Of a stretch of DNA of 52,691 bases, positions 23,296 through 31,815 are shown in pieces. A program made the translations under genes and the position numbers. This DNA is from an uncultured Gammaproteobacteria bacterium (GTDB taxonomy: Bacteria > Patescibacteriota > Patescibacteriia > UBA2196). Numbering within the stretch: the stretch's first letter is position 1; the number at the start of each line of letters is the position of its first letter. The notes beneath the pieces were generated by a model, which was not told the origin of the DNA, did not search any database, and was given only the letters and a program-made list of their open reading frames with translations. Location of the stretch: the NCBI GenBank assembly GCA_964522515.1, contig CAZFWC010000003.1, positions 1-52,691 on the forward strand, in the 5' to 3' direction.

Positions 23296-23397
23296 TTGTT
23301 TCTCCTGATTTTGATTGTTAAATTAAAAATATTTAATTTGTTTATTTAATTTAATCATTGTATTAATTTTTTGTCAATTTTTTATACAAATAAAACA

Positions 23398-23440
23398 GAT
23401 CCTTCGCTCCTAACAACTCTAAAAAGTCGCTCAGGATGAC
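23398..23440 (+). repeat. Family-4 element
   Basis: GATCCTTCGCTCCTAACAACTCTAAAAAGTCGCTCAGGATGAC, 11 nt before the tsaB ATG. Confidence 0.8.
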
Positions 23441-23451
23441 TACTAGTAAAA

Positions 23452-23880
23452 ATGTATTTATTTGTCAACACTTCAAATCACAAAAATATTTTTTTAGCTT
23501 TGATTAATAAAAAAGGTGAGATTTTGGATAAGAAAAAAATAAAAGCAGAATATCAGCAATCTGAAAAATTATTATTTAATATTGAAAATATTTTGCAAAA
23601 TAATAAATTAAGTATTAAAAATTTAAAAGGAGTGATTTGTGTGATTGGTCCCGGTGGGTTCACAAGTTTGCGAATTGGAGTTGCAACGGCAAATGCTTTA
23701 GCGTGGAGTTTAAATATTCCAATTGTTGGGGTGGAGGACAAAAATAATTTGTCTGATGAAAAATTAGTTGACAAAGGATTTAAATTAATATATAATAAAA
23801 AAATATTTAAACAACAGGTTCTGCCGAAATACGGACAGGAACCAAATATTACAATTAAAAATAGTGGAGGCAAAAAATGA
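23452..23880 (+). CDS. tsaB: tRNA t6A37 biosynthesis protein TsaB (short)
   Basis: 142 aa. GPGGFTSLRIGVATANALAWSLNIPIVGV is the TsaB/YeaZ signature. Confidence 0.8.
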   Translation: MYLFVNTSNHKNIFLALINKKGEILDKKKIKAEYQQSEKLLFNIENILQNNKLSIKNLKGVICVIGPGGFTSLRIGVATANALAWSLNIPIVGVEDKNNLSDEKLVDKGFKLIYNKKIFKQQVLPKYGQEPNITIKNSGGKK

Positions 23881-23904
23881 GAAAAAAATGGAAAACATTT
23901 TTGT

Positions 23905-23933
23905 TTGACACAAAAAAATATCTAAGTTAAAAT
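23905..23933 (+). promoter_or_regulatory. candidate promoter for secDF
   Basis: TTGACA-17 nt-TAAAAT. The 5' UTR would contain the TTTAGAAAAGA direct repeat and a family-3 hairpin. Confidence 0.55.
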
Positions 23934-23979
23934 TTAGAAAAGAGAAAATTTAGAAAAGATAAAACTAAAAGAACAAAAT

Positions 23980-24004
23980 GACTCCACCCAAGAGGGATGG
24001 AGCC
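23980..24004 (+). repeat. Family-3 hairpin
   Basis: GACTCCACCCAAGAGGGATGGAGCC followed by AAC, 23 nt before the secD ATG at 24027. Confidence 0.85.
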
Positions 24005-24026
24005 AACATTAGAAATTTGCTTTTTT

Positions 24027-25694
24027 ATGACTACACAAAACAAAAACAGAAGTAAGATTTTAGCTATTTTTATTTTAGCTGTTTTTTGTGCTTTAATTGT
24101 TTTACCAACTGCGCCGAAAGGAACGCCGTTTGAAAATTTTTGGAATAAAACAAAATTTCATTTAGGTTTGGATTTGCAAGGTGGAACGCATTTAGTTTAT
24201 CAAGCAGATGTTTCTGAAATTCCGTCATCAGACCAGGCTTCAGCAGTTGAAGGTGTGCGAGATGTGATTGAACGCAGAGTCAACGCATTTGGAGTAGCAG
24301 AACCAGTTGTGCAAACAAATAAAGTTGGTGGCAAATACAGAGTAATTGTTGAATTAGCAGGAGTTAAAGATGTAAATCAAGCAATTAAAATGATTGGCGA
24401 AACTCCGCTTTTAGAATTTAAAGAACAAGATTCAAATTTTAAACAAGAATTAAATAATGAGCAGAAAAAAGAAATTGAAGATTTTAATTCTCAAACGCAA
24501 GCAAAAGCTGAAGATATTTTAAATAAAGTTTTGCAACCAGGAGCAAATTTTGCAGAATACGCAAAACAATATTCAGAAGATGTTGGTTCAGCAGAAAACA
24601 ATGGTGATTTAGGTTTTGTAAAACGCGAAATGTTTGTGCCAGAATTTGATGAAGTAATTTTTGATAAACAAAAAGAGCCAGGAGTTTATCCTGAATTAGT
24701 TAAGTCGCAATTTGGTTTTCATATTATTAAAAAAATTGAAGAAAGAGGCGAAGGAGATAATTTAGAAATTCATTCAGCTCATATTTTATTTAAAACAAAA
24801 TCAGAACAAGAATATTTAGGCGAAATGCAGTGGGTGCGAACAGATTTGTCTGGAAAACATTTGGCGCGCGCTCAAGTGCAATTTGACCCTCAAACAGGTG
24901 AGCCAGAAGTTGGTTTAGAATTTAATAAAGAAGGAAAAGATTTATTTGCGGAAATTACAACGCGAAATGTTGGAAAACCAGTTGCAATATTTTTAGATGG
25001 TTTTGCAATTTCAATTCCAACTGTGAACGAGCCAATTCGCGAAGGAAACGCAGTAATTTCTGGCAGATTTAATATCCAAGAAGCAAAAGAGTTAGTTCAA
25101 AGATTAAACGCAGGCGCTTTGCCAGTTCCAATTAATATTATTTCACAACAAACAATTGGGGCGTCTTTAGGTGAAGAATCAATGCAAAAAAGTTTGTTTG
25201 CGGGGTTAATTGGTTTGTTGGTTGTGGCTTTATTTATGATTTTGTATTATCGTTTACCAGGTTTGTTAGCGGTTTTTGCTTTAGCAATTTACACAGTGAT
25301 TATTTTAACTATTTTTAAAATCACGCCAGTTACTTTAACTTTAGCTGGTGTTGCTGGTTTTATTTTATCAATTGGAATGGCAGTTGACGCAAATGTTTTG
25401 ATTTTTGAAAGATTAAAAGAAGAATTAAAAAATGGCAGGGAATTATTAGACGCAATTGAACAAGGTTTTAAGCGCGCGTGGACTTCAATTCGTGATTCAA
25501 ATTTATCAACCTTGATAACTTGCGGAATTTTATTTTGGTTTGGAACTTCAATTATTAAAGGATTTGCGTTAACGCTAGGAATTGGTATTTTGGTTTCAAT
25601 GTTTTCTGCGATTGTAATTACAAAAAGTTTTCTGAAATTATTTAATAATAAAAATAACAAATTAAATTGGTTATTTGGAATTAAAAAAATATGA
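24027..25694 (+). CDS. secD: protein translocase subunit SecD with embedded parvulin-like (PpiC-type PPIase) segment
   Basis: Start moved to the ATG at 24027; earlier codons lie in repeat hairpin 23980-24004. SecD motifs: GLDLQGGTHLVYQ, RVNAFGVAEPVVQ, and a C-terminal 6-TM SecD/F domain. Residues ~165-268 (nt 24489-24800) carry GDLGFVKREMFVPEFDEVIF and QFGFHIIKK. Confidence 0.88.
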   Translation: MTTQNKNRSKILAIFILAVFCALIVLPTAPKGTPFENFWNKTKFHLGLDLQGGTHLVYQADVSEIPSSDQASAVEGVRDVIERRVNAFGVAEPVVQTNKVGGKYRVIVELAGVKDVNQAIKMIGETPLLEFKEQDSNFKQELNNEQKKEIEDFNSQTQAKAEDILNKVLQPGANFAEYAKQYSEDVGSAENNGDLGFVKREMFVPEFDEVIFDKQKEPGVYPELVKSQFGFHIIKKIEERGEGDNLEIHSAHILFKTKSEQEYLGEMQWVRTDLSGKHLARAQVQFDPQTGEPEVGLEFNKEGKDLFAEITTRNVGKPVAIFLDGFAISIPTVNEPIREGNAVISGRFNIQEAKELVQRLNAGALPVPINIISQQTIGASLGEESMQKSLFAGLIGLLVVALFMILYYRLPGLLAVFALAIYTVIILTIFKITPVTLTLAGVAGFILSIGMAVDANVLIFERLKEELKNGRELLDAIEQGFKRAWTSIRDSNLSTLITCGILFWFGTSIIKGFALTLGIGILVSMFSAIVITKSFLKLFNNKNNKLNWLFGIKKI

Positions 25695-26593
25695 ATTTAA
25701 AAATAATACAAAATCGAAATAAATTTTTTATATTTTCAAGTGTTTTAGTTGTCTTGAGTATTTTAAGTTTATCAATTTGGGGATTAAATTTAGGAATTGA
25801 TTTTACAGGAGGATCGCTTTTAGAAGTTGAAGTGCAATCTGAAATAAATTTTTCTGGTCAAGATGTTTCAAATCTAATTAAAGAAAAAATATTAGAAATT
25901 GGAGAAATTAGAGCTCAACCGACTGAAGATGGATTTTTAATTAGAACGAAAAATTTATCAGAAAGTGAGCACCAACAAGTTTTAGGTGTGTTAAGTGAAA
26001 ATAATAAAATTGTAGAAAAAAGATTTGAATCAATTGGTCCTGTGATTGGGCAGGAATTAAAAGACAAAGCACTGTGGGCGATTTTATTAGCTTTAATTAT
26101 AATTATTTTTTTTATTGCTTGGACTTTTAGAAAAGTTTCAAAACCAGTTGCTTCGTGGAAATATGGGATTGGAGCAATTATCGCTTTGGCTCATGATGTA
26201 ATTATTGTGACTGGAATTTTTTCTGTGCTTGGACATTTTTTCTTAGGATTTGAAGCAGATATTTTGTTTGTCACAGCGCTTTTAACAATTCTTGGCTACT
26301 CTGTTAACGACACAATTGTTGTGTACGATCGCACTCGTGAAAATTTGATTTATAATCCACAAAAAACTTTTGAAGATACAGTTAACAAATCTGTAAATGA
26401 TACAGTTACTCGTTCAATTAATACAAGTTTAACAACTTTATTAGTTTTAATTTCATTATATTTTTTAGGTGGCGCAACTATTCAAAATTTTGTTTTAACT
26501 TTAATGCTTGGAACTTTAGTTGGTGCTTACTCTTCAGTTTTTATTGCTTCTCCGCTTTTAGTTGTTTGGCAAAAATTTAAAAAGAGAGGATAA
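25691..26593 (+). CDS. secF: protein translocase subunit SecF
   Basis: 300 aa. GIDFTGGSLLEV and a C-terminal 6-TM domain. The ATGA overlap with secD suggests translational coupling. Confidence 0.9.
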   Translation: MNLKIIQNRNKFFIFSSVLVVLSILSLSIWGLNLGIDFTGGSLLEVEVQSEINFSGQDVSNLIKEKILEIGEIRAQPTEDGFLIRTKNLSESEHQQVLGVLSENNKIVEKRFESIGPVIGQELKDKALWAILLALIIIIFFIAWTFRKVSKPVASWKYGIGAIIALAHDVIIVTGIFSVLGHFFLGFEADILFVTALLTILGYSVNDTIVVYDRTRENLIYNPQKTFEDTVNKSVNDTVTRSINTSLTTLLVLISLYFLGGATIQNFVLTLMLGTLVGAYSSVFIASPLLVVWQKFKKRG

Positions 26594-26628
26594 AATAGAA
26601 ATAAAAATTTATTAAATTCGCTAATATT

Positions 26629-26654
26629 ATTCCTGAGTAATCAGGATTTTTTTC
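26629..26654 (+). terminator. intrinsic terminator after secF
   Basis: TCCTGA-GTAA-TCAGGA followed by T8. Confidence 0.7.
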
Positions 26655-26683
26655 TTGACATAAAATTTAAAATGTTGTATTCT
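26655..26683 (+). promoter_or_regulatory. candidate promoter for the sigma-r4/HARE-HTH gene (leaderless arrangement)
   Basis: TTGACA-17 nt-TATTCT, then AAATAAT (7 nt), then the ATG at 26691. Confidence 0.55.
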
Positions 26684-26690
26684 AAATAAT

Positions 26691-27833
26691 ATGCGAGACA
26701 ATCAAGAACAACCTATTTTAGACAAAATTATTGATATTTCTCAAGTTAAAGAAAAAGAAAATTTTTCACCTGAACAGGTGGCAAATACTTTGTTGTCTTT
26801 TCTTTCCAAACGCGAAGCTGAAATTATTAAAATGCGTTACGGTTTTACTAATGAAAAACCAAAAACTTTAGATGCGATTGGAAAAAAAATGAATTTAACT
26901 CGTGAGCGAGTCCGTCAAATTGAAAAGCAAGCTTTAAAAAATATCATAAAAAATAAAGACAGCGCAAAAAATTTAATTTCATTTAAAAAATTAGTTGAAT
27001 CTTTGGTTAACGAATTTGGCGGTTTAATTTCAGAAGAAAAAGTTTCAAATGAAATTATTAGTTTAATTGAAAACAAAGAAAATGCTCACGCTTTTGTAAA
27101 ATTTTTATTAAATAATTTTGTTGACAATGTTGATAAATTTAAACAAAGCAATTTTAAACCAAGTTTGCGTTTTTATGATTTGTCAATTGATCAAGTTGAT
27201 AAAGTTTTAAATGAAATTGAAAAAATTTTTGAAAAAGAAAATAAAATTTTACAAGAATTAGAATTAGTCAAAGCGTTTAAAAAATCTAATTATTATAAAA
27301 ATGATTTTAATTTACCCACATTTTTATCTGAAAAAGAAAACAATTTAGACAAATTTATTTTGTCGTATTTAGATGTAAGCCATAAATTTGCAAATACTCC
27401 TTTTAATCAATGGGGTCTTGCTGGTTGGAGTGTAATTAATCCGCGAAGAATTAATGACAAAATTTATTTAGTAATGCATTCGTGCAAAAAATCTTTGCAT
27501 TTTTCAGAAATCGCAGAATTAATTAATAATGCGTGGAAAGACGCGCGAGATATTAAAACAGCGACTGTTCACAATGAATTAATTTCAGACCCAAGATTTG
27601 TTTTAGTTGGGCGCGGAAAATATGGTTTAAAAGAATGGGGTTTGGAAAGTGGGAATGTTAGTGACACAATTTTTAGTATTCTTAAAAAATCAGCTTTGCC
27701 TTTAACTGAACAAGAAATTATTAAAAAAGTAATTTCTAAAAAAATAGTTAAACCAGCAACTATTAAATTGGCTTTGAAAAATAAAGAAAAGTTTAATTTT
27801 CAAAACGGAAAGTATAGTTTGATTTTAAAATAA
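26691..27833 (+). CDS. sigma-70 region-4-like HTH plus HARE-HTH domain protein
   Basis: 380 aa. REAEIIKMRYGF..LDAIGKKMNLTRERVRQIEKQALKNI matches sigma70 region 4. C-terminal LHFSEIAELI...TVHNELISDPRFVLVGRGKYGLKEWG matches the HARE-HTH pattern (RpoE-delta/ASXL type). Confidence 0.7.
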   Translation: MRDNQEQPILDKIIDISQVKEKENFSPEQVANTLLSFLSKREAEIIKMRYGFTNEKPKTLDAIGKKMNLTRERVRQIEKQALKNIIKNKDSAKNLISFKKLVESLVNEFGGLISEEKVSNEIISLIENKENAHAFVKFLLNNFVDNVDKFKQSNFKPSLRFYDLSIDQVDKVLNEIEKIFEKENKILQELELVKAFKKSNYYKNDFNLPTFLSEKENNLDKFILSYLDVSHKFANTPFNQWGLAGWSVINPRRINDKIYLVMHSCKKSLHFSEIAELINNAWKDARDIKTATVHNELISDPRFVLVGRGKYGLKEWGLESGNVSDTIFSILKKSALPLTEQEIIKKVISKKIVKPATIKLALKNKEKFNFQNGKYSLILK

Positions 27834-27834
27834 T

Positions 27835-27868
27835 GTCATCCTGATTCCGAGTACTCGGGAGAAGGATC
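27835..27868 (-). repeat. Family-4/CCGAGTACTCGGG hybrid element
   Basis: GTCATCCTGATTCCGAGTACTCGGGAGAAGGATC, starting 2 nt after the stop of gene 26691-27833. Confidence 0.7.
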
Positions 27869-27872
27869 TGTT

Positions 27873-27906
27873 AAAGAAATTGCTTGGTAGCAATTTCTTT
27901 TTATTT
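27873..27906 (+). terminator. intrinsic terminator after the sigma-r4/HARE-HTH gene
   Basis: AAAGAAATTGC-TTGGTA-GCAATTTCTTT followed by TTATTT. Confidence 0.7.
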
Positions 27907-27947
27907 ATTGTATAATTAAATTAAATTAAATTAAATTGTCAGTTGCT

Positions 27948-29384
27948 ATGGATTTTCTTTTTAATTTTTTAACTAACGCTGGTCTTGATGCAAGTTCACC
28001 CTTGTCTGTTTTATGGTTTATTTTTAAACACGGAGGATTTATTTTTATTCTAGCTGCTTTATTTTTTGGTTTTAAAGAGATTTGGACTAATTCGCGACAG
28101 GCAAAATACGCTGCTAAATCTGAATGGGTTTATTTAGCAATTGATGTTCCAAAAAATAATGAACAATCTTTTAAAGCAGTGGAACAAATTTTTGCGAATT
28201 TAGCAGGAGCTTCAAAAAATCCAGATACTTTGGATAAATATTGGACAGGTTACCACCAGCCAGCGTTTAGTTTAGAATTAGTTTCAATTGAAGGTTACAT
28301 TCAGTATATTATTCGTTCGCCCAAAGTATTTAGAGATTTAGTTGAAGCCGCAATTTACGCGCAGTATCCTGACGCTCAAATTACTGAAATAGAAGATTAC
28401 ACAAAAGGAATTGATCCGGAAACATTTAAAGAAAAAGGTTACGATCTTTGGGCCGCGCAATTTGGTTTAATAAACGATGAAGCTTATCCAATAAAAACTT
28501 ATCCGCTTTTTGAACATCCAATTTCACAATTAACAGTTGATCCTTTGGCCGCTGTTTTAGAAATTTTTAGCAGAATGAACAAAGGCGAACAAGCTTGGTA
28601 CCAAATTATTATTAAACCAGTTGGCGACAATTGGAAAGAAAAATCTCAAGCAAAAGTTAAAGAACTAATTGGCACTCCAGTTTCAGCTCCCAAGCAAGGA
28701 TTAATTGATAAAACTCTTGACGCGCCAGGAAGATGGGCAGGTCAAGTCGGTGATTTATTTATTCCAGTTGGTGGCAAAGATGATAAAAAAGATGATAAAA
28801 AAATGGAAGTGCCGTCAAAAATGCTTTATTTATCTCCAGGTGAAAAAGCAGCAGTTGAAGCAATTGATCGCAAGACTGACAAAATTGGTTTTATTTGTAA
28901 AATCCGTTACATTTATTTAACTAAAGGAGTAAAGTTAGCTAAAACAAAAGGTGTTTCTGGTTTTATTGGAGCTTTAAAACAATATAATTTATTAAATTCA
29001 AATGGGTTTTATCCAATTGGAGTTACTAAAACAAGCTCTGAGTGGTGGCAGAATTTGTATAAAAAATATGGAGAAAAAGTTGTAACAAAAATTCAGAAAA
29101 AAACTTTAGCAAATTTTAAATCTCGTTCGTCTTGGGCAGGAGCTGATAAAGAAGGCTTTATTTTAAACACAGAAGAATTAGCTTCGCTTTATCATTTTCC
29201 TTTAATGGGAGTTGTTGCGCCAACAGTTAAAACAACAGATGCTAAACGGGGCCAAGCTCCAATGGGTTTGCCAGTTGAAACTGACGAAGTTGTTGAGGAA
29301 AATAATTCCGAGTCCTTGGAAGAAAAAATTGAAATTAATAATGGACAAAAAATAATTGCGCCACCAAGTAATTTACCAATATGA
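27948..29384 (+). CDS. membrane protein homologous to the N-terminal half of ORF 4993-7572
   Basis: ATG at 27948 preferred over the TTG at 27936. TM segment plus a soluble domain. Blocks shared with the 859-aa protein include AQYP[HD][SA]QI.[QE][VI]EDY, W.QIIIKP / VIQLIIRP and NTEE[IL]AS[IL][FY]HFPL. Confidence 0.7.
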   Translation: MDFLFNFLTNAGLDASSPLSVLWFIFKHGGFIFILAALFFGFKEIWTNSRQAKYAAKSEWVYLAIDVPKNNEQSFKAVEQIFANLAGASKNPDTLDKYWTGYHQPAFSLELVSIEGYIQYIIRSPKVFRDLVEAAIYAQYPDAQITEIEDYTKGIDPETFKEKGYDLWAAQFGLINDEAYPIKTYPLFEHPISQLTVDPLAAVLEIFSRMNKGEQAWYQIIIKPVGDNWKEKSQAKVKELIGTPVSAPKQGLIDKTLDAPGRWAGQVGDLFIPVGGKDDKKDDKKMEVPSKMLYLSPGEKAAVEAIDRKTDKIGFICKIRYIYLTKGVKLAKTKGVSGFIGALKQYNLLNSNGFYPIGVTKTSSEWWQNLYKKYGEKVVTKIQKKTLANFKSRSSWAGADKEGFILNTEELASLYHFPLMGVVAPTVKTTDAKRGQAPMGLPVETDEVVEENNSESLEEKIEINNGQKIIAPPSNLPI

Positions 29385-31174
29385 ATAATGATAATCAAAT
29401 AACTTATTTTGCAAAAACAAACTTTCGTAATCAAAACAAAAAGTTTGGAATTATGCTTGACGACCGTCGCAGGCATATGTATGTTGTTGGGAAAACTGGT
29501 GTTGGAAAAACAGTGCTTTTAAAAAATATGATTATTCAAGATATTGAAAACGGACACGGTTTAGCTTATCTTGATCCTCACGGGGATGATGTTCAGGATG
29601 TTTTAGAATGTATTCCTTCAAGCAGAATAAATGATGTTGTTTATTTTAATCCAGCTGACACTTCTTACCCAATTGCTTTTAATGTTTTGGAAAATGTTAA
29701 TCCAGAATACAAGCATTTGGTGGCTGACGGTTTAATGGGAGTGTTCACAAAAATTTGGGCAAATCTTTGGTCAGCAAGAATGGAACACATTTTGCGAAAT
29801 TGTATTTTAGCTTTGCTTGATACACCGGGAAATACTTTATTAGGAATTATGCGTTTGTTAGTTGATAAAGATTTTCGCAGAAAAATTGTAAATAATGTAA
29901 CTGATCCAATTGTTAAATCTTTTTGGATTGATGAATACGCAAATTGGAACGACCGTTTTAGAATTGAAGCGATTCAACCAATTCAAAATAAAATTGGACA
30001 ATTTTTATCTTCGTCAATTATTAGAAATATTGTTGGACAAGCAAAATCAACTGTTGACATTCGTAAAATTATGGATGACAGAAGAATACTTTTAATGAAT
30101 TTGTCAAAAGGCAAAATTGGAGAAGATAATTCTAATTTGTTAGGAGCAATGATGATTACTAGATTACAATTAGCCGCAATGTCAAGAGTTGATATTTCTG
30201 AAAACGAAAGAAACGATTATTTTTTATATGTTGATGAAATGCAAAATTTTGTAACAGAATCTTTTGCTGATATTTTATCAGAAGCCCGAAAATATCATTT
30301 AAATTTAATTTTGTCTCATCAATATATTGCTCAACTTTCTACGCCAGAAAGTTCAAAAGTTCGTGACGCGATTTTTGGAAATGTTGGAACTATTATTTGT
30401 TTTAGAGTTGGCGCGGCTGACGCGTATTTTTTACTTAAAGAATTTGAACCGTATTTTACTGAAGAAGATTTGGTTAATTTAAATAAATATGAAATTTATT
30501 TAAAATTATTAATTAATGGAGTTGCCTCACGACCGTTTTCTGCTTCAACTTTAGCGCCGTTTTTAGAATCTAAAAAAAGTTTGAAAAATATGGAAAAAGT
30601 AATTAAAGTTTCGCGCGAAAGATACACAAATCCAAAACAAGAGGTTGAAGAAAAAATTATTCGTTGGCTTGATTTAGAAGATACATTTAAAACTCAAGCT
30701 GATGAAAGTAAATTATCTGGAGGTGAAGTAATGTTTAAAAAAGGTTTTGGAACTGAAAAATTAGTTGATCAAAAAAGAAAAAAAATAGAAAATAATCCCG
30801 AGTACTTAGAGCAAAAAAAAGTTGAACAAAAAAAAGAGCCAGAGAATCAAAACAAATTAGAAGCAATTTGTGACGCGTGCGGAAAAACAACTTATTTGTC
30901 TTTTGTTCCACAACCGCATCTTAATGTTTTTTGTAAAGATTGTTTGCGTTTGTTTAAAAATGGTAAAATTGATGTTTCAAAATTAGAATTTAAAAATTTA
31001 GATTTGATTAAAAAAAATACAATATTAGATCAAACAAAAATTAAAAATTCAGTTTCTGAAACTGATAAAAAAATAAAATCAGTTAGTCCTATGAAATCTA
31101 CAAATGAAATTCGTGGCACTCAGAAATTTCACGGAACGAATTTTTTACAGCCAAATGAAAAAGTAAAATTTTAA
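29381..31174 (+). CDS. TraD/VirD4-like P-loop ATPase (split form) with C-terminal CxxC-x17-CxxC zinc ribbon
   Basis: 597 aa with an ATGA overlap to the upstream gene. RRRHMYVVGKTGVGKT (Walker A, nt 29489-29512), DPHGDD, YFLYVDEMQN, ARKYHLNLILSHQYIAQL. Collinear with the C-terminal half of ORF 4993-7572. The tail CDACGK-x17-CKDC is at nt 30869-30943. Confidence 0.78.
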   Translation: MNNDNQITYFAKTNFRNQNKKFGIMLDDRRRHMYVVGKTGVGKTVLLKNMIIQDIENGHGLAYLDPHGDDVQDVLECIPSSRINDVVYFNPADTSYPIAFNVLENVNPEYKHLVADGLMGVFTKIWANLWSARMEHILRNCILALLDTPGNTLLGIMRLLVDKDFRRKIVNNVTDPIVKSFWIDEYANWNDRFRIEAIQPIQNKIGQFLSSSIIRNIVGQAKSTVDIRKIMDDRRILLMNLSKGKIGEDNSNLLGAMMITRLQLAAMSRVDISENERNDYFLYVDEMQNFVTESFADILSEARKYHLNLILSHQYIAQLSTPESSKVRDAIFGNVGTIICFRVGAADAYFLLKEFEPYFTEEDLVNLNKYEIYLKLLINGVASRPFSASTLAPFLESKKSLKNMEKVIKVSRERYTNPKQEVEEKIIRWLDLEDTFKTQADESKLSGGEVMFKKGFGTEKLVDQKRKKIENNPEYLEQKKVEQKKEPENQNKLEAICDACGKTTYLSFVPQPHLNVFCKDCLRLFKNGKIDVSKLEFKNLDLIKKNTILDQTKIKNSVSETDKKIKSVSPMKSTNEIRGTQKFHGTNFLQPNEKVKF

Positions 31175-31192
31175 AAATTTCTAATTCATATG

Positions 31193-31225
31193 AGTTGGCT
31201 CCATCGCTCTCGCGTGGAGCCAACT
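31193..31225 (+). repeat. Family-3-related hairpin
   Basis: AGTTGGCTCCATCGCTCTCGCGTGGAGCCAACT. Confidence 0.7.
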
Positions 31226-31268
31226 TGTTAAGTCAACTAATAAAAATTTTTTACTGAAATAACAAATA

Positions 31269-31327
31269 GACTCCACCCCCCCAACCTGCCCGCCAGTGAT
31301 CTTTGGCAGGCGGGGAGGGATGGAGCC
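31269..31327 (+). repeat. Family-3 hairpin with nested GC-rich palindrome in its loop
   Basis: GACTCCACCCCCCCAACCTGCCCGCCAGTGATCTTTGGCAGGCGGGGAGGGATGGAGCC followed by AAC, 24 nt before the ruvX ATG. Confidence 0.85.
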
Positions 31328-31350
31328 AACAATCAGGTGGAGAAACTTAT

Positions 31351-31719
31351 ATGAAAATTCTTGCAATTGATTACGGAACAAAAAATATTGGTTTAGCTTT
31401 GTCAGATGATGAACAAAAGTTAGGGTTTGCGTACAAAACAATCAATAATTTTTTAGAATTAAAAAATATTTGTGAAAAAGAAAAAGTAGAAAAAATTATT
31501 ATTGGTTTGCCAATTAATTTATCTGGCACAAAAACCAAATCAACAGAGATGGTTTTTAATTTTATTAAAAAATTAAAAAAAGAGTTAGATCTGCCAATTG
31601 AAACAGTTGACGAAAGATTAAGCACAGTGGAAGCTGAAAAAATAAAAACTAAGAAACAAAAAAATATTGATGAACTTACTGCGCAGATTTTGTTGCAAAG
31701 TTATTTGGATAAAAAATAG
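31351..31719 (+). CDS. ruvX: Holliday junction resolvase-like protein YqgF/RuvX
   Basis: MKILAIDYGTKNIGLALSD is the YqgF N-terminus. AGGTGGAG RBS upstream. The ORF-track start at 31303 reads through a repeat hairpin. Confidence 0.85.
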   Translation: MKILAIDYGTKNIGLALSDDEQKLGFAYKTINNFLELKNICEKEKVEKIIIGLPINLSGTKTKSTEMVFNFIKKLKKELDLPIETVDERLSTVEAEKIKTKKQKNIDELTAQILLQSYLDKK

Positions 31720-31802
31720 CACGCGAATTTCCAGAATTACCTAAAATTTTCACGAATTTAAATTCTGGTTTATTCTGGTCATTTTGGTAATTCGTGTTCT
31801 TA
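31717..31802. repeat. Family-5 long imperfect palindrome, upstream flank of the WecA-like gene
   Basis: TAGCACGCGAATTTCCAGAATTACC...ATTCTGGTTTATTCTGG...GGTAATTCGTGTTCTTA. It shares the AAAATAGCACGC...GTGTTCT termini with 4335-4425. Confidence 0.8.
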
Positions 31803-31815
31803 CTTAATATGTAAT

